From Welwitschia mirabilis (Eukaryota): 35,675 bases of DNA. Positions 10,674 to 21,804 of the stretch are shown piece after piece. The stretch is taken from assembly GCA_051453625.1 (NCBI GenBank), contig JBOZIK010000001.1:16265832-16301506 (forward strand), in the 5' to 3' direction. Each line of letters begins with the position of its first letter. Position 1 is the stretch's first letter. Position numbers and translations under genes: made by a program. Below the pieces are notes generated by a model. That model did no database searches. It saw nothing but the letters and a program-made list of their open reading frames with translations, and was not told the DNA's origin.

Positions 10674-11075
10674 AAATAGGCTTTATTCTCTCACTCACCA
10701 TTGTGAATTTTTTGTAAGTTGGTACTTAGCCTACAAAAGTCTATTTAAAGAAGTTGAGACTTAGCCTACAAAAGTCCATTTGAAGAGGTTGAGACTTAGC
10801 CTGGAAAAGTCCACTTTATAAGGTTGAAAGTTAACCTTGAAAACTAGTGCATAGTGATAATGTAGAGATCCGGAATAGTATTGATCAATGACTATTTTCT
10901 GATAGTAGAGTAGAATGTATCCTAAACCACTATAATCTTGTCTTGCATATTTATTTTGGTTGTGCTCTTTGATTTCATTTGGTTATATCTTTTTATGCAT
11001 AATTTATTTTGGTAGTAATAATTGTTTAAATTTTGAGAAGTCCTATTTACCCCCCCTAGGGTTGATGATCCTACA
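10674..11075 (+). repeat. 3' part of the 5' LTR of Sirevirus element 'C'
   Basis: Reverse-complement homology to LTRs A/B (3 x GTTGAGACTTAGCCTACAAAAGTCCA, AACCACTATAA). Ends CTATTTACCCCCCCTAGG...GATCCTACA, followed by a decayed PBS TAAAATCAGAGA at 11078-11089. Confidence 0.8.
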
Positions 11076-11145
11076 AATAAAATCAGAGAATGAAGTTAAG
11101 TCAATACTAAGATTTTAACTAATCTTTAATTTAATAACCCTAGCC

Positions 11146-12075
11146 ATGAGTTTTATTGTAGAAGGTTTCTCTAGTTCTATGCCTCCACTATTTGATGGAA
11201 CAAACTATGAATATTGGAAGGCTAGAATAAGAATATTCTTAAGATCTCTTAATATAGATTATGAGGATATTATGATCATAGGTTATAGCCATCCTACTAC
11301 AACTCAAAAGGATATCAATGGTAATTCTATAGTAGTTTTAAAATAAAAAAATAGATGGACTAAATTAGATAAAGCTAATACCACTATTAATGCTCATGCT
11401 TTGAATACAATTTTTTGTGTCATAAATGTAGATGAGTTTAAGAGAATAGTGGACTACCAAACTACCAAATAAGTATGAGATATTCTTGCTATTGCTCATG
11501 AAGGAACATCCACTATCAAGAAAGCAAAGATGCAGATGTTGTTTACAAAATTTGAAAAGATTAAGATGAATGAGGAGGATACTCTTTAGGAATTCTTGAA
11601 TAGTCTAATGGACATTACAAACTCGATGGTAAGCCTTTGAGAAAAGATAGAGGAATTCAAGATAGTAAGGAAGTTCTTAAGATTCCTTCCCAAGATATTT
11701 GAACCAAAGGTGACTGCAACTAAAGAAAGTAAAGATCTAAGCAAGATGCCACTAGACAAACTACAAGGTAACGTTTTAAAATTTTTTAATAAAAAGAATA
11801 GTTTTTCTTTTAAAAGTATGTAGGAAGAAATCTTAGATGAAGAACCTAAAGAACATGGAATATTATCATTTGTGGCACTTATGAATCCCACTACTTAATC
11901 ACCAAAACTCCTTAAGCATGATGATGTGGACATGAGTGAAGATGAAGAAGAGGAGAATGTTGAAGATACATGTCTTGAACTACAACAAGAATGTAAATAA
12001 AACATACTAGTACATAGAAGTTAAGCCAAATGTCATACTTCATAGAAAAATTCTAAAGAGAAACTTAGAATTTTG
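11146..12075 (+). pseudogene. Copia gag, N-terminal part, element C (internal deletion removes first zinc knuckle)
   Basis: MSFIVEGFSSSMPPLFDGTNYEYWKARIRIFLRSL, AHEGTSTIKKAKMQML, IVRKFLRFLPKIFEPKVTATKES, then jumps to ILSFVAL...EDEEEENVEDTCLELQQEC. Confidence 0.9.
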
Positions 12076-12364
12076 CTTCAACCAAAAACTACAAAACTAA
12101 AATGATTTTCTAGTTTAACTTTAGAATTATAAATTAATGATAATGTAATAATGCAATGAATGAATGTAAGATATAAAATGGATGCAACCTAAATGCAAAT
12201 CCTAACCAAGTGCACTAACTTATTATTATCTAAGTGGGCCCTCATAATCTATATCAAATATAAATAACTATTATAACAATTGAAGATCAGGTAAAAATAA
12301 TGTGATAAACAATAATTAATCAAAAATAATGACCTACTACCAAATTTAAAATTTTCTTGGATCA
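12076..12364 (-). repeat. 5' part of the LTR of Athila-like element D, now inverted
   Basis: Minus strand begins TGATCCAAG at 12364, directly after C gag sequence. Shares motifs with the E-family LTR (AATGCAAATC..AACCAAG, CTCATAATC..TAACTATTA). Confidence 0.55.
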
Positions 12365-12790
12365 GAAAGATTCTAAATTCTTTACTTTTACTCATATGGT
12401 TTTTCTTGACTTTTGAGTAGAGACTTGTTTGAGAATAAATTTAAATGATAATGCATTAATATTTGCAAAATACATACTTTTTCTATATGAATAGTTTAAT
12501 TCTAAATGACCAAGTTTTCAATAATAATAACAAGTGATATTTCTAGTATGAGATGTTATACCTGTAATACTTACCTCACTAGATGAAGTTAATGTACTAT
12601 TTCTGTCAAATCTAATACCTCTTTTATCATGTACGAGTTGTCCTAATCCAAGCATCTTCTCAAGTTTCTTTGATCCTTTTGTAAATCTACTTAAGACTTG
12701 TGAAGATTGACTTAACTTCTCTATGAGACTTGTGTTTGAATCTATTTATATCTTTGATTTGTGGCTTTATTCACTTTTATAGCAATCCTG
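12365..12790 (-). pseudogene. Copia gag, C-terminal part, element C, inverted relative to its N-terminal part
   Basis: Minus strand VLSRFTKGSKKLEKMLGLGQLVHDKRGIRFD, second knuckle ITCYYY*KLGHLELNYSYRK, and NINALSFKFILK..I*VKVKNLESF, homologous to B's INTLPFKFILK..WVKANNL*SF. Confidence 0.85.
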
Positions 12791-12886
12791 AGAATTGTAG
12801 GTATTAATGCTAAGGAACTCATTTGAGAAAAATACAAAATTTATCATATAATTCATACCTCAACAAATTGGAACCATTATCAGGGA
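12791..12886 (+). other. LTR 3' end (…CAACA at 12865) and Asp-tRNA-type PBS (12869-12886) of Athila-like element D
   Basis: TGGAACCATTATCAGGGA vs Athila PBS TGGCGCCGTTGCCGGGGA: 12/18 identical, and 5 of 6 mismatches are G>A or C>T. Confidence 0.7.
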
Positions 12887-13539
12887 GGACTCTATGAAAG
12901 TTTAAAAGCTTGATTTTCACTAATACAGTAAGTAAATTAATCTTAAAATGTTTTCTTGTGTAGTGTGTACATATAATTTTTCTTCTTCTTAGGCTATTTT
13001 ACACTTTATCTTTCTAAGCCTAGATTTCTTTTCCAATTTCTATTAGTTTTTTAATTTTTATAGATTACTATAATTTTCAATTAAACTTAATTTATATTAT
13101 GTGTTATATCCACTATTGGTAGAGCCTCCTTATTACACTTCATATGATCTAGAAGGGAGTTTTCCAATTGGGTGTAAAGAAGTTTATTTTAACCTTTCTT
13201 AGAAATTAAGGGAATGATCACATAGAAAAAGCATTTGTAGGAGAAGTAATTTATTAGCTAAATGATTAAATAAGGATTAGTAGACTTTACTTTAAGAACT
13301 CAAAATAAAAAAGCTTCATTTCAAACTAGAATAGAGGAAGATGATCATTCTGCTTTTTACATTTCTAAAAATAATTTACTTATTTTCAAAGGTAATCTAG
13401 TTAAATCATTTTATTCTTTAAATCCTACCTCTCAGATATTTTTTCCTTTTAAATCTTAAAAAAATGTCTACCTCTTCTATTCTTATTTCTACCTTAACTC
13501 TTAAGGAGCTGATAGCTTAAAGGAAAAGAAAGATTCAAA

Positions 13540-14157
13540 ACCTCTTTGACCTATCCAATGGAGATGATGTGGAACTTAAACACTCGTAAGTTTATCCTGC
13601 CTTCTTCATAGAAGATAAATAAATGCCATTTCAACACTTGGTAGAAATAGAAAAACTCGTTCTTACTTTAGAAAATGGGAAAAAGAAGGCAACTGTAGAC
13701 TTACATGATTATTTTCACTTTCATATTTAGAGAAAAGGCTAAAATTTAATTGAAAACTATCCTTCATAAAAGCTTCAATACTTGGAGCCAAGTTTAAAAT
13801 ACATTCACTAAAAGATTCATGAGTTAATCAACCATGAAGAAAAGGAAATATGAAGTTACCAATTTTAAACAACATACCTATGAAGATTATGCTACAACTT
13901 ATAAGGGATTTTTAATTATCATCTCATCTAATCCTTTAGAAGAATTTTCAAGAGAAGAACTTGTTAACTACTTATATAGTGGATTAAACATTCAAACTAA
14001 GAAATAAGTAAGTTTTATATGTGGGGGAAATTTACTCAACTTAACTTTGTAGAATACTTATCAAGTTTTGAAAGGGTTGATAAAAATTAGTCAAACATGA
14101 TCTAAAACAACCATTAAAGAAAATATAATTATAAGACAAACATTAAAACAGATCAAG
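13540..14157 (+). pseudogene. Ty3/gypsy (Athila-like) gag, 5' part, element D
   Basis: PFQHLVEIEKLVLTLENG ... ELVNYLYSGLNIQTKK*VSFICGGNLLN, paralogous to E gag (DPFQHLASIEQLVLTSGNG). Start approximate; ends at the E insertion. Confidence 0.8.
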
Positions 14158-15405
14158 TGTTATAGTGTGAATTTATGTACTCCTTAAGCCTTTTAGAAAA
14201 AACCTTTAAATCACAATACCTATAAAACACACACACTAGTATAGATGGGAGTCAACCTGAATGTCATAATCTATTGAAAGCACTAGGCTTAGAAATAGAA
14301 AATTGATTTTAGAAAAGTATTTTTTAGTCTTTTATCTTTTTAATACATGAAAGTAAATAACAATGCAGAATGCAATACAAGATAAAAGATGGAATGCAAT
14401 GGAATGAAGTGTAAATGGAATGAGCTCTATTTGAGATTTTAGTCCTCTTGTCATGAGAACTATTTCTTTATAATTTAAATCAATTAAGAGTAGTTCATCA
14501 CTTATTTCCAACCAACATGAACTATTAGATATGACAACTAGAATATAAAAGACAATCTAATATTGAAATGAAACAGTGATGCAAATCTAAACTAACCAAG
14601 TTAACCTTAAAAAAGGTTATCCTTATGATCTAAATAAATTATATAACTATTACTAAACTATAATAAACTTAAACCATAAGAAACATAAACACAATTTTAG
14701 TAAAAAGAGTATTTAAATCGATCATAGAAATTTTACATCCACTTATAACAAAGTAGTAGCTCCTCAATGGAAGGTACTTAGACTAATACTAAGGTGATTT
14801 ATCTTTGTAGCTAGTGGATGGACATCTTATTCTTCAATATTTTGTCACAAGAGCACCAGGTGCCAAAGATGTAAATAGAAGTGAAGGAAAGGGAGGTATT
14901 TATAATTTCATAATAAAGTTCTAAAATCTTAACCCTAGAAGTTGGAGAAGAAACCTTAGTAGCCTAAATAAGTCATATGACCTTATTACAAAGATAAATA
15001 TTTCCATCATAGAAAAATAGCTATTATCGTGACTTTCATGGGGATGATAATGAGAATGTGACTTCATGTTAGAAGGTGGTCCATTAGACATAAGCCCCAC
15101 AGTCAACTTCACAGCCTCCATTCATGTCAGCAATGTTGTCATCCTATCTATCGTGGGGACAACAAAGGAGATGAAAAATTTCTTAATCTTTAATATTAAA
15201 GATAAATTAGTCTTTTGCACAGTGCATCCTTCTTTCAAAGTATTAGAATAAGCCTAAGAAGTCTCCAAATATTGTAAGAATTGCATGTTTTAGTGATCAT
15301 CCTATTAGTTCTACATCATCATAAGTATTACATTTAAACCTATATAAAAGTCCTACAAAGCACTCAAAATACACCATCAAATTTCTACAAATTGAAATTG
15401 CAACA
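14158..15405 (-). repeat. 3' LTR of element E (1248 bp)
   Basis: TGTTATAG...TTGCAACA; colinear with 32172-34163. Putative TATA at 14897-14904. Adjacent 15406-15445 resembles a decayed Athila 3' end/PPT (minus TTTTGTTAGGGATTGACAAGGCTAAGTCAGAGCC). Confidence 0.9.
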
Positions 15406-17440
15406 TAGGCTCTGACTTAGCCTTGTCAATCCCTAACAAAATAAGTAATCAATTATATTGTAAACTAATTTAACTAAGATAAATAGTAATTAAAAAAATG
15501 TAAATTGAGTTCAATTTAATTATGCAAGAATAGATATCAGAAACCAACTAATTGATACTTGTACTAACATATTCATAAGGATCCTACTTCATCACATCAC
15601 TATCAAATGAATGAATGTCATATACATACAAAAAATCATAATGATAACTCAACAAATAATAATGTATATGCATAATGTGAAATAGGGATATTGGACTGAT
15701 GTATCAAACATAAGTAATGCTAGTCTCAAAAGAATAATGCATCTAAGTTTATAAATGTAATAAATCAAGGGCAAAGTACAAGAGTAAATATAACATTCCT
15801 TTTTCCTCTTGATGATCTAAAACATAGTAGAAAATTCTATGAGTATGCTACTATGCACCTATAAGATAAAGTCAATAAATTTTATTCAAAAAGCACAAAA
15901 TCTTTTTCAAATAACTTATTAGAGATATGTAACATGAAAGCTCAAAACATGATCCTTATAATTTTAAAATTTTTGCTCAATATCATAGAAGAATGCTCAA
16001 AAAGATGTCCTGCCCTCTCCTCTCACACCCCCATAGGTGATTCAAGACATATTAAATTGTAGTAAATGAAAAGGACGTGTGCCATCCCAATTATCATGAG
16101 AACACCAGAAGGAGAATGATAGTGATCAGATAAGATGTTTGAAAAGAAGGAGAAAACCAAAAACATCTAAAAAAATGTAAGCATATGAAAAATAGAAGAA
16201 AAGCATAAAATAAGATAAAAAGTGAACAAATATCTTGAAAATATGATCATGGTGGATGGAGACTCATGGAACAAGCATATGAAATAGAAGAAAATGTACT
16301 AAGTAGACAGAAGCAATGCTAAAACACTCTTCAAATGTGCTCAAACACATGGAAAAAGAAGAACTAAAACTCATCAAGTCATTGTAACCTATCAAAAAAA
16401 AAAAACAATTCCTCCATAGAAAGAAACTACAAAATCATTAGATCCATAATATTATGCTGAAAAATATGGGAAATAACTTTGAAAAATATAATAAAACATT
16501 CAAAGAAAAACAAAATAAAATGAATAACTAGGAACATAAATAAGATTACTTACTTACCCTAAATTTAACCTAACAAATTCCCTTAATAATAATCATAGAA
16601 TCACTTGATAAAAAATGAATGACAATATGTAAAAACTCATAGTGTACCACTAAAATAGGTAATGATTATAATAATGTCAAGTACATTTAATATTATCAAA
16701 TAGTGAATGATGAGATAAAAATATATTAAAACATGAACTTATAAGTTATCATATCAAAACAACACTAGAATCTAAAAAAGTAGAGTGATCATGTGGAAGT
16801 ACTATAAATAAATAAAATGAGTCTATAAAATAAGTAATGCCTCTAATGACACTAAGGACATCACTAATATCATATCTCTAAGTACAATTTTATTGTACCA
16901 TGATGAGGGAAGTGTAATCACCATCAGAGGAATAAGGACCCATACAACATGATCAACTAAACCCTTAGTGGAGTTGTCATAGCTATCGAATCGCACTGTT
17001 AAAGGGCCCTCTTAGGAAAATTTGCTTCAATTCTTTTTTGGTAGCATATCATGATGACAATGTTTTATAGATATAATATAAAGGAGCATGACCTTTATTT
17101 CTTTTCTTCTTCCCTCCTTTTTTAAGAAAAAAATTCCACATGACTAAGTACTTGTAAGAATAAAAGTGAAGTAATGATATGGATAACAAGTAAGAACATG
17201 CAAAAATAAATAATTGCTCATACCATTGAAATAGAATAAAAGAACCAAGCCATCTTCCTTTAAAATGAAGTTCATAGATATAGGAATATCTTAAGATTGA
17301 ATGAAGTTAATCTTATCATTTAAAATATTCAAGTAAAATACTACTAATTGTGGAAACTTCATAAAGTAAACACATAAGTTAAGTTAAAGATTGTGTAATA
17401 AGAGCATGATGTTTACCTAAGGAATGAGTTAAGAAGGAAT

Positions 17441-19188
17441 TTAGATAATGATAAGAAGAAGGTTCTCCTCATTGATAAGGGCTTCCAAGATAAGTGCTTC
17501 TATCATATTAAAGGTTTCATTAAAAGATGACCCATAAAGTTTTAACATTTGTTCATTAACTTTTTGAATTTATCTAATGTTTAGATTTCAACTAAGTTAT
17601 TTAAATGTACTTTTTTATAAGATAAGGATGTAAGAATTTAAAAGTTAACTTGTTGTGTAAAAGGTGTACTCAGGTGTTATATAAAAAAACAAGTTTACTA
17701 GGTTCATATTACTTATGGATAATATTTTTGTCATGTTTGAACTTGATTGGGGCTTTATGAATGAGTTGAGGATGTATGACATAAGTACATTTTTCACCTG
17801 AATGATCAAGCTGAGCTAATTGAGTTCTAAGATTTTTTTCCAAGTTTATAAGATTAAGTTGATGGGTGGATCAATAGGAGTTATAGCAAACATTAAGTGG
17901 TAAGACACAAACTTTTTCATATGTAAGTTCATATGATAAGAAACCTAGAGAGTTATGCCAAGTAATAAAATAACCCCAAAGAACATTATTAAGTTTAGAG
18001 GACCATGTTTTCCTATTAACAGAGACTAATATTTGGAGTATCTTTTTAATTTCTCTATTTGCATTTTTAGCTTGGCTATTAGTTTGAGGATGATAAGCAC
18101 ATGCAATTTTATGTTCAGTACCAATGGATAAAAGAAGTTTTTGAAAAAAGTGATTAATGAAATCAGTTTCTTGATCACTAATAAGATTCGTGAAAAATCA
18201 AAATATTAAATGATTTGAGTTCAAACAAAATTACAAATGGTTTGGAAATTATTTTTAGTAGTATGAACATCTTCAACCCACTTAGTAACATAATTAACAA
18301 CCACTAGGATGTAATTTTTATTATGAAAAGTGGTGTAATAGGGCCTATAAAGTTAATTCCCCCATAATCAAAAGGTTCATATTAAAGTATAAGTTTGAGG
18401 AACATATATTAAGAATGAATTAAGGTACCATCATGTTGACATGCATTACACCTTCTAGCAAAGTTAAATGAATCCTTAAAAATATTAGGCCAATAAAAAC
18501 TAGAGTGAAGAATTTTCATGATGGTCTTTTGGTCACTAAAGTATCTCCTACATACCCTACCATAGCAAATTTTTAAGATTTTTAGGCTTTCCCACTTAGG
18601 CACATACTTACGCATGATTTGGTTTTTGCATCTTCTATAAATATGAGGTGTACTCCACTCATAGTCATTGATCCTATGAATAAAAGATTTGCATTGGTTA
18701 TGGTTCTAATGCTGAGATGATTTTATAGTAATAAGGTATTTCATGATATTAGCATTCCAAGGAGTAGGATAAGTAGAAGATATGGTCTAAAGTTATTGAA
18801 TCATAAAGATTTATTCATCTAAAAAAGAGTCATTTAAGGGAAGTTCATCATGAGAACAAGAAAGTTGAGATAGATGATTGGTAATACTATTATGTTCTCT
18901 AGCCATATCAATGATGGTGAGATTAAATTCTTGCAAGAGAAGGATTTACCTAATAAGTCTAGTACTAGAATCTTTCTTAGTTATAAAATAATAAATGACT
19001 ACATGATCTATGTACAAATTGATGTAAAAGATAATAAGATAATATTAAAGATGATCAAGACAAAAGATGCTGACATGAATTTCTCTCTCTGTAGTGGTGC
19101 AGTTGGATTAGGCTTAGGACCAAGTTTTACAAAGATCGGATATGACTTTAAAATAATTTTCATATTTTTGGTAAGGTTCCCATCCACA
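17441..19188 (-). pseudogene. Element E pol, 3' part: RNase H C-terminus + integrase
   Basis: TRLIR*ILLLQEF, KILHSSFYWPNIFKDSFNFARRCNACQ (HHCC zinc region), PFDYGGINFIGP, YILVVVNYVTKWVE, IACAYHPQTNSQAK, KVNEQMLKL. Confidence 0.92.
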
Positions 19189-19199
19189 TACTATAAGAA

Positions 19200-19522
19200 A
19201 TATAGGCTTTTAAGGCATTTCTAAAATGCCTTAAAAGGTGTTAAAAAATGCATTAAACACTTTTAAGACATTTCTTTACAAAATGCTTCAAAAACCTATG
19301 CCTTAAAAGTCAATACTCTCTTAAGGCATTTCTAAGGTTTTTGAATATAAACACCTTAAAATGCCTTTTGAGGCATTTTTAAAAGAAACACCTTAAAATG
19401 CCTTTTGATGTGTTTTTAAAAGAAATGCCTCAAAAGGTCCTAGGTCTCTTACAACATTTCTTGGAAAGATGTTGTAAAAGCATTTTGAGGTGTTTTATCC
19501 AATAAACACCTCAAAAGGCATC
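19200..19522. repeat. CACTA left subterminal repeats
   Basis: Many direct and inverted copies of TTTTAAGGCATTT / AAATGCCTTAAAA and variants. Confidence 0.9.
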
Positions 19523-19669
19523 ACATGGAAAAAAAAATATAAATCCATTACAATACATTTTTAATTGGCTAGTTTTTAGAAGAGAAAATTATAAATCCAT
19601 TACTGATTTTTAGAGAATAATGTTTATAATTATTTGTACATATCAATAACAAAAAAGCCATCACTTATT

Positions 19670-20860
19670 CTACTTTATTAGAAAAGCTTATCTCTAGAAG
19701 ATTTTAGAGGGCTTTAATACATGCTTCAGTAGAAGCAATTGTAGCTTTACCACCTTTAGTACAAATAAAATAATAATTAATTGTGATGCTTTTCTATAAA
19801 CTTTCACATTGACATAGAAGATCAGCAAGAAGACAAGAAATCATATAAATAGTACAAACATATATCATGGCTAACCTATTTTCCAGTAAGGTGGAAAATT
19901 TGAATAAAGTATTTAGTACATAGTGTCTACATGTAGCAATTAAAGTCATATTACTCTCCAATGTGGTTATCATAAATAACACTGTTATAGTTAATTAAAA
20001 TGCTTAAGAAATAAGGAGGTTAAATAAAATGGACAAGGCAATTACTTCAAATATTTCCATCTTATTTTCATTATTATTAACTATAATGTTAAAAAGTAAT
20101 AAAGGTGTAATTTCTTAAGCTTGACTATTATATGCCCTAAAAGTAGATTATAAAAATCTGAGAAGTATATCAATGAATCGATTATCTGTAATATATGAAA
20201 AAGCCTAATCGTCATTATTTAATTTTGATCTAATCTCTTATGCTACCTGATCTGGCCTTTTACTGGTGGTTCACTAAGAGTTTTAAGAATCCTTTCAAAA
20301 CATGCATAAGAATCATCTTCAAAATCATGTGTTTCAATAGTAGTACTAGATCAAGATTTGTTTATTTCAAACAATGTATTTCTTATAATTACCAATGAAT
20401 CATAATATCAAATTTTACCTAATGTACTAGTTGATAACTTACTTCCATTATTCTTAAAAGCAAACATAGCCTAATTATCATCAAAAGGTTTTAGCTTAAT
20501 CACCTTCTTGAATGCATCATCAATTATTTTCATGAATCATGAATCTATCAAATCCTAACATGAAATACTAGGAGAGGTAAGGGTGGGTGGATTAGGAACA
20601 TTGATATTGTACCTTGCATGCTAGCTAGTAATAAATCCTTTGACATAATAATTAGGAGTAACACAGAGATGGATTAGTTTTTGTTGTATTTTTGGTTATG
20701 TATCATGACCCTCATAAAATCACCTTTTTGTACAATTCCATTTATAAGTTTTACCAAATGAAATGATGATAGGATCCGACACTAGCTACAGAGAATTTAA
20801 CCATCTAAATTCTTCCAGACATTTTAAAGGTTCCCTTCTTAACAATCTTTCTTAAAAGTT
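19670..20860 (-). pseudogene. Ulp1/SENP-like (peptidase C48) cysteine protease domain, decayed, multi-exon, CACTA-borne
   Basis: Motifs in correct order: LLRREPLKCLEEFRWLNS (~20790-20845; cf. LxxLxxxxWLND); LKPFDDN*AMFAF...GKI*YYDSL (~20393-20495; both stops are TGG-derived, cf. PxxxxHW...IxYYDSL); TCRHYVL (~19915-19935; cf. DCGxYV). The catalytic His position reads Asn. Confidence 0.6.
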
Positions 20861-20903
20861 CATTACATTCAATTATAATGTTTTTAATTAAAAAAAGAGG
20901 AAG

Positions 20904-20912
20904 AAACCCTAG
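20904..20912 (+). promoter_or_regulatory. telo-box (AAACCCTAG) in 5' UTR of NAC-alpha copy
   Basis: AAACCCTAG-CC-ATG. Telo-boxes are common in 5' regions of plant translation-machinery genes. Confidence 0.55.
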
Positions 20913-20914
20913 CC

Positions 20915-21490
20915 ATGAAGCTTGAGTTGCAAAAGCTTTATTCTGATGAACCAATTGTTAAAGATGAGAAATATGATAAGGATGAGGATGATGAAGATGA
21001 ATATGATAATTATGAAGAGGATGATCAAGGAGAATAAGGTGAAAGGAAGTCAAAGCAAAGCTAAAGTAAGAAAAAGAGAAACAAAGTAAAGCTCAAATTG
21101 GGAATAAAAGCTATATCAGGTATTACAAGGGTTACTGTTAAGAAGAGAAAAAATATCTTATTTGTAATTTCAAAACCTGATGTCTTCAAATGCATAACAT
21201 CTAATATGTACATAATTTTTGAGGAAACAAAGATTAAATATATGATCTCGTAGCTCCAAACATAAGTAGCAAAGCAATTTCGAGCTTCTGACTTGAATCA
21301 TATAGCTATAAAGCCAAAATCATCAAGTGCAGCATAGGAGGATGAAGAGGAGGTTGATGAAACTAGATTTGAACACAAGGATATTCAATTGGTCATGGCT
21401 CAAGCTAGAGTATCAAGACCCACGATTATTAGAGCACTCAATGTTGTAGATGAGGATATTGCAATCATTATCATGAAACTGACTAATTAG
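20915..21490 (+). pseudogene. NACA: Nascent polypeptide-associated complex subunit alpha, uninterrupted (probably processed) pseudogene
   Basis: Single frame of 192 codons: acidic N-terminus, NAC domain [46 protein letters not shown]...YIIFEETKI, and UBA-like C-terminus EEEVDETRFEHKDIQLVMAQARVSRPTIIRALNVVDEDIAIIIMKLTN*. Five internal stops, no frameshift. Missed by the ORF track. Confidence 0.95.
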
Positions 21491-21794
21491 AATTGACTTC
21501 TATTACTATGAAGAGTTAACATTAGAAGTTTTGGTGGTCTTTGTTTGTCATTATTATTTAGAGTTCATATTATGGATATTTTTTGAAAATACCTTTTGAT
21601 GGTACTTTTAATTTCTTTTAATTAATTGGGAATTAGATGAGGTTTACTATAACCTCTTTGGTTGTTTTATTTGTAGCTTATATTATTTCTGGGTCTATAA
21701 TCTATCTAATTATTTCATTTCATACGTCAGGAAAGTTAAGTAAATTGGTTGTGCTATAGTTTACTTCTTTTTATTCCTTAGTAATTATTAGTAG

Positions 21795-21804
21795 NNNNNN
21801 NNNN
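21795..21804. other. Assembly gap (10 N)
   Basis: Run of N. Confidence 1.

Noticed and set aside
14921..15251. Short ORFs within the E LTR
   Set aside because: Not reported as ORFs at the homologous positions of the sister LTR or F; chance ORFs.
18874..19224. 116-aa plus-strand ORF as a gene
   Set aside because: Antisense to E RNase H and crosses the CACTA junction; no recognisable motif.
19200..19522. Palindromic repeat cluster as CRISPR or miRNA precursor
   Set aside because: Irregular spacing, mixed orientation and a mirror cluster at 27650-27890; explained as CACTA subterminal repeats.
21491..21794. Poly(A) tail and target-site duplication for the NACA copy
   Set aside because: No A-run or convincing flanking direct repeat seen; decay or the 10-N gap could hide them.
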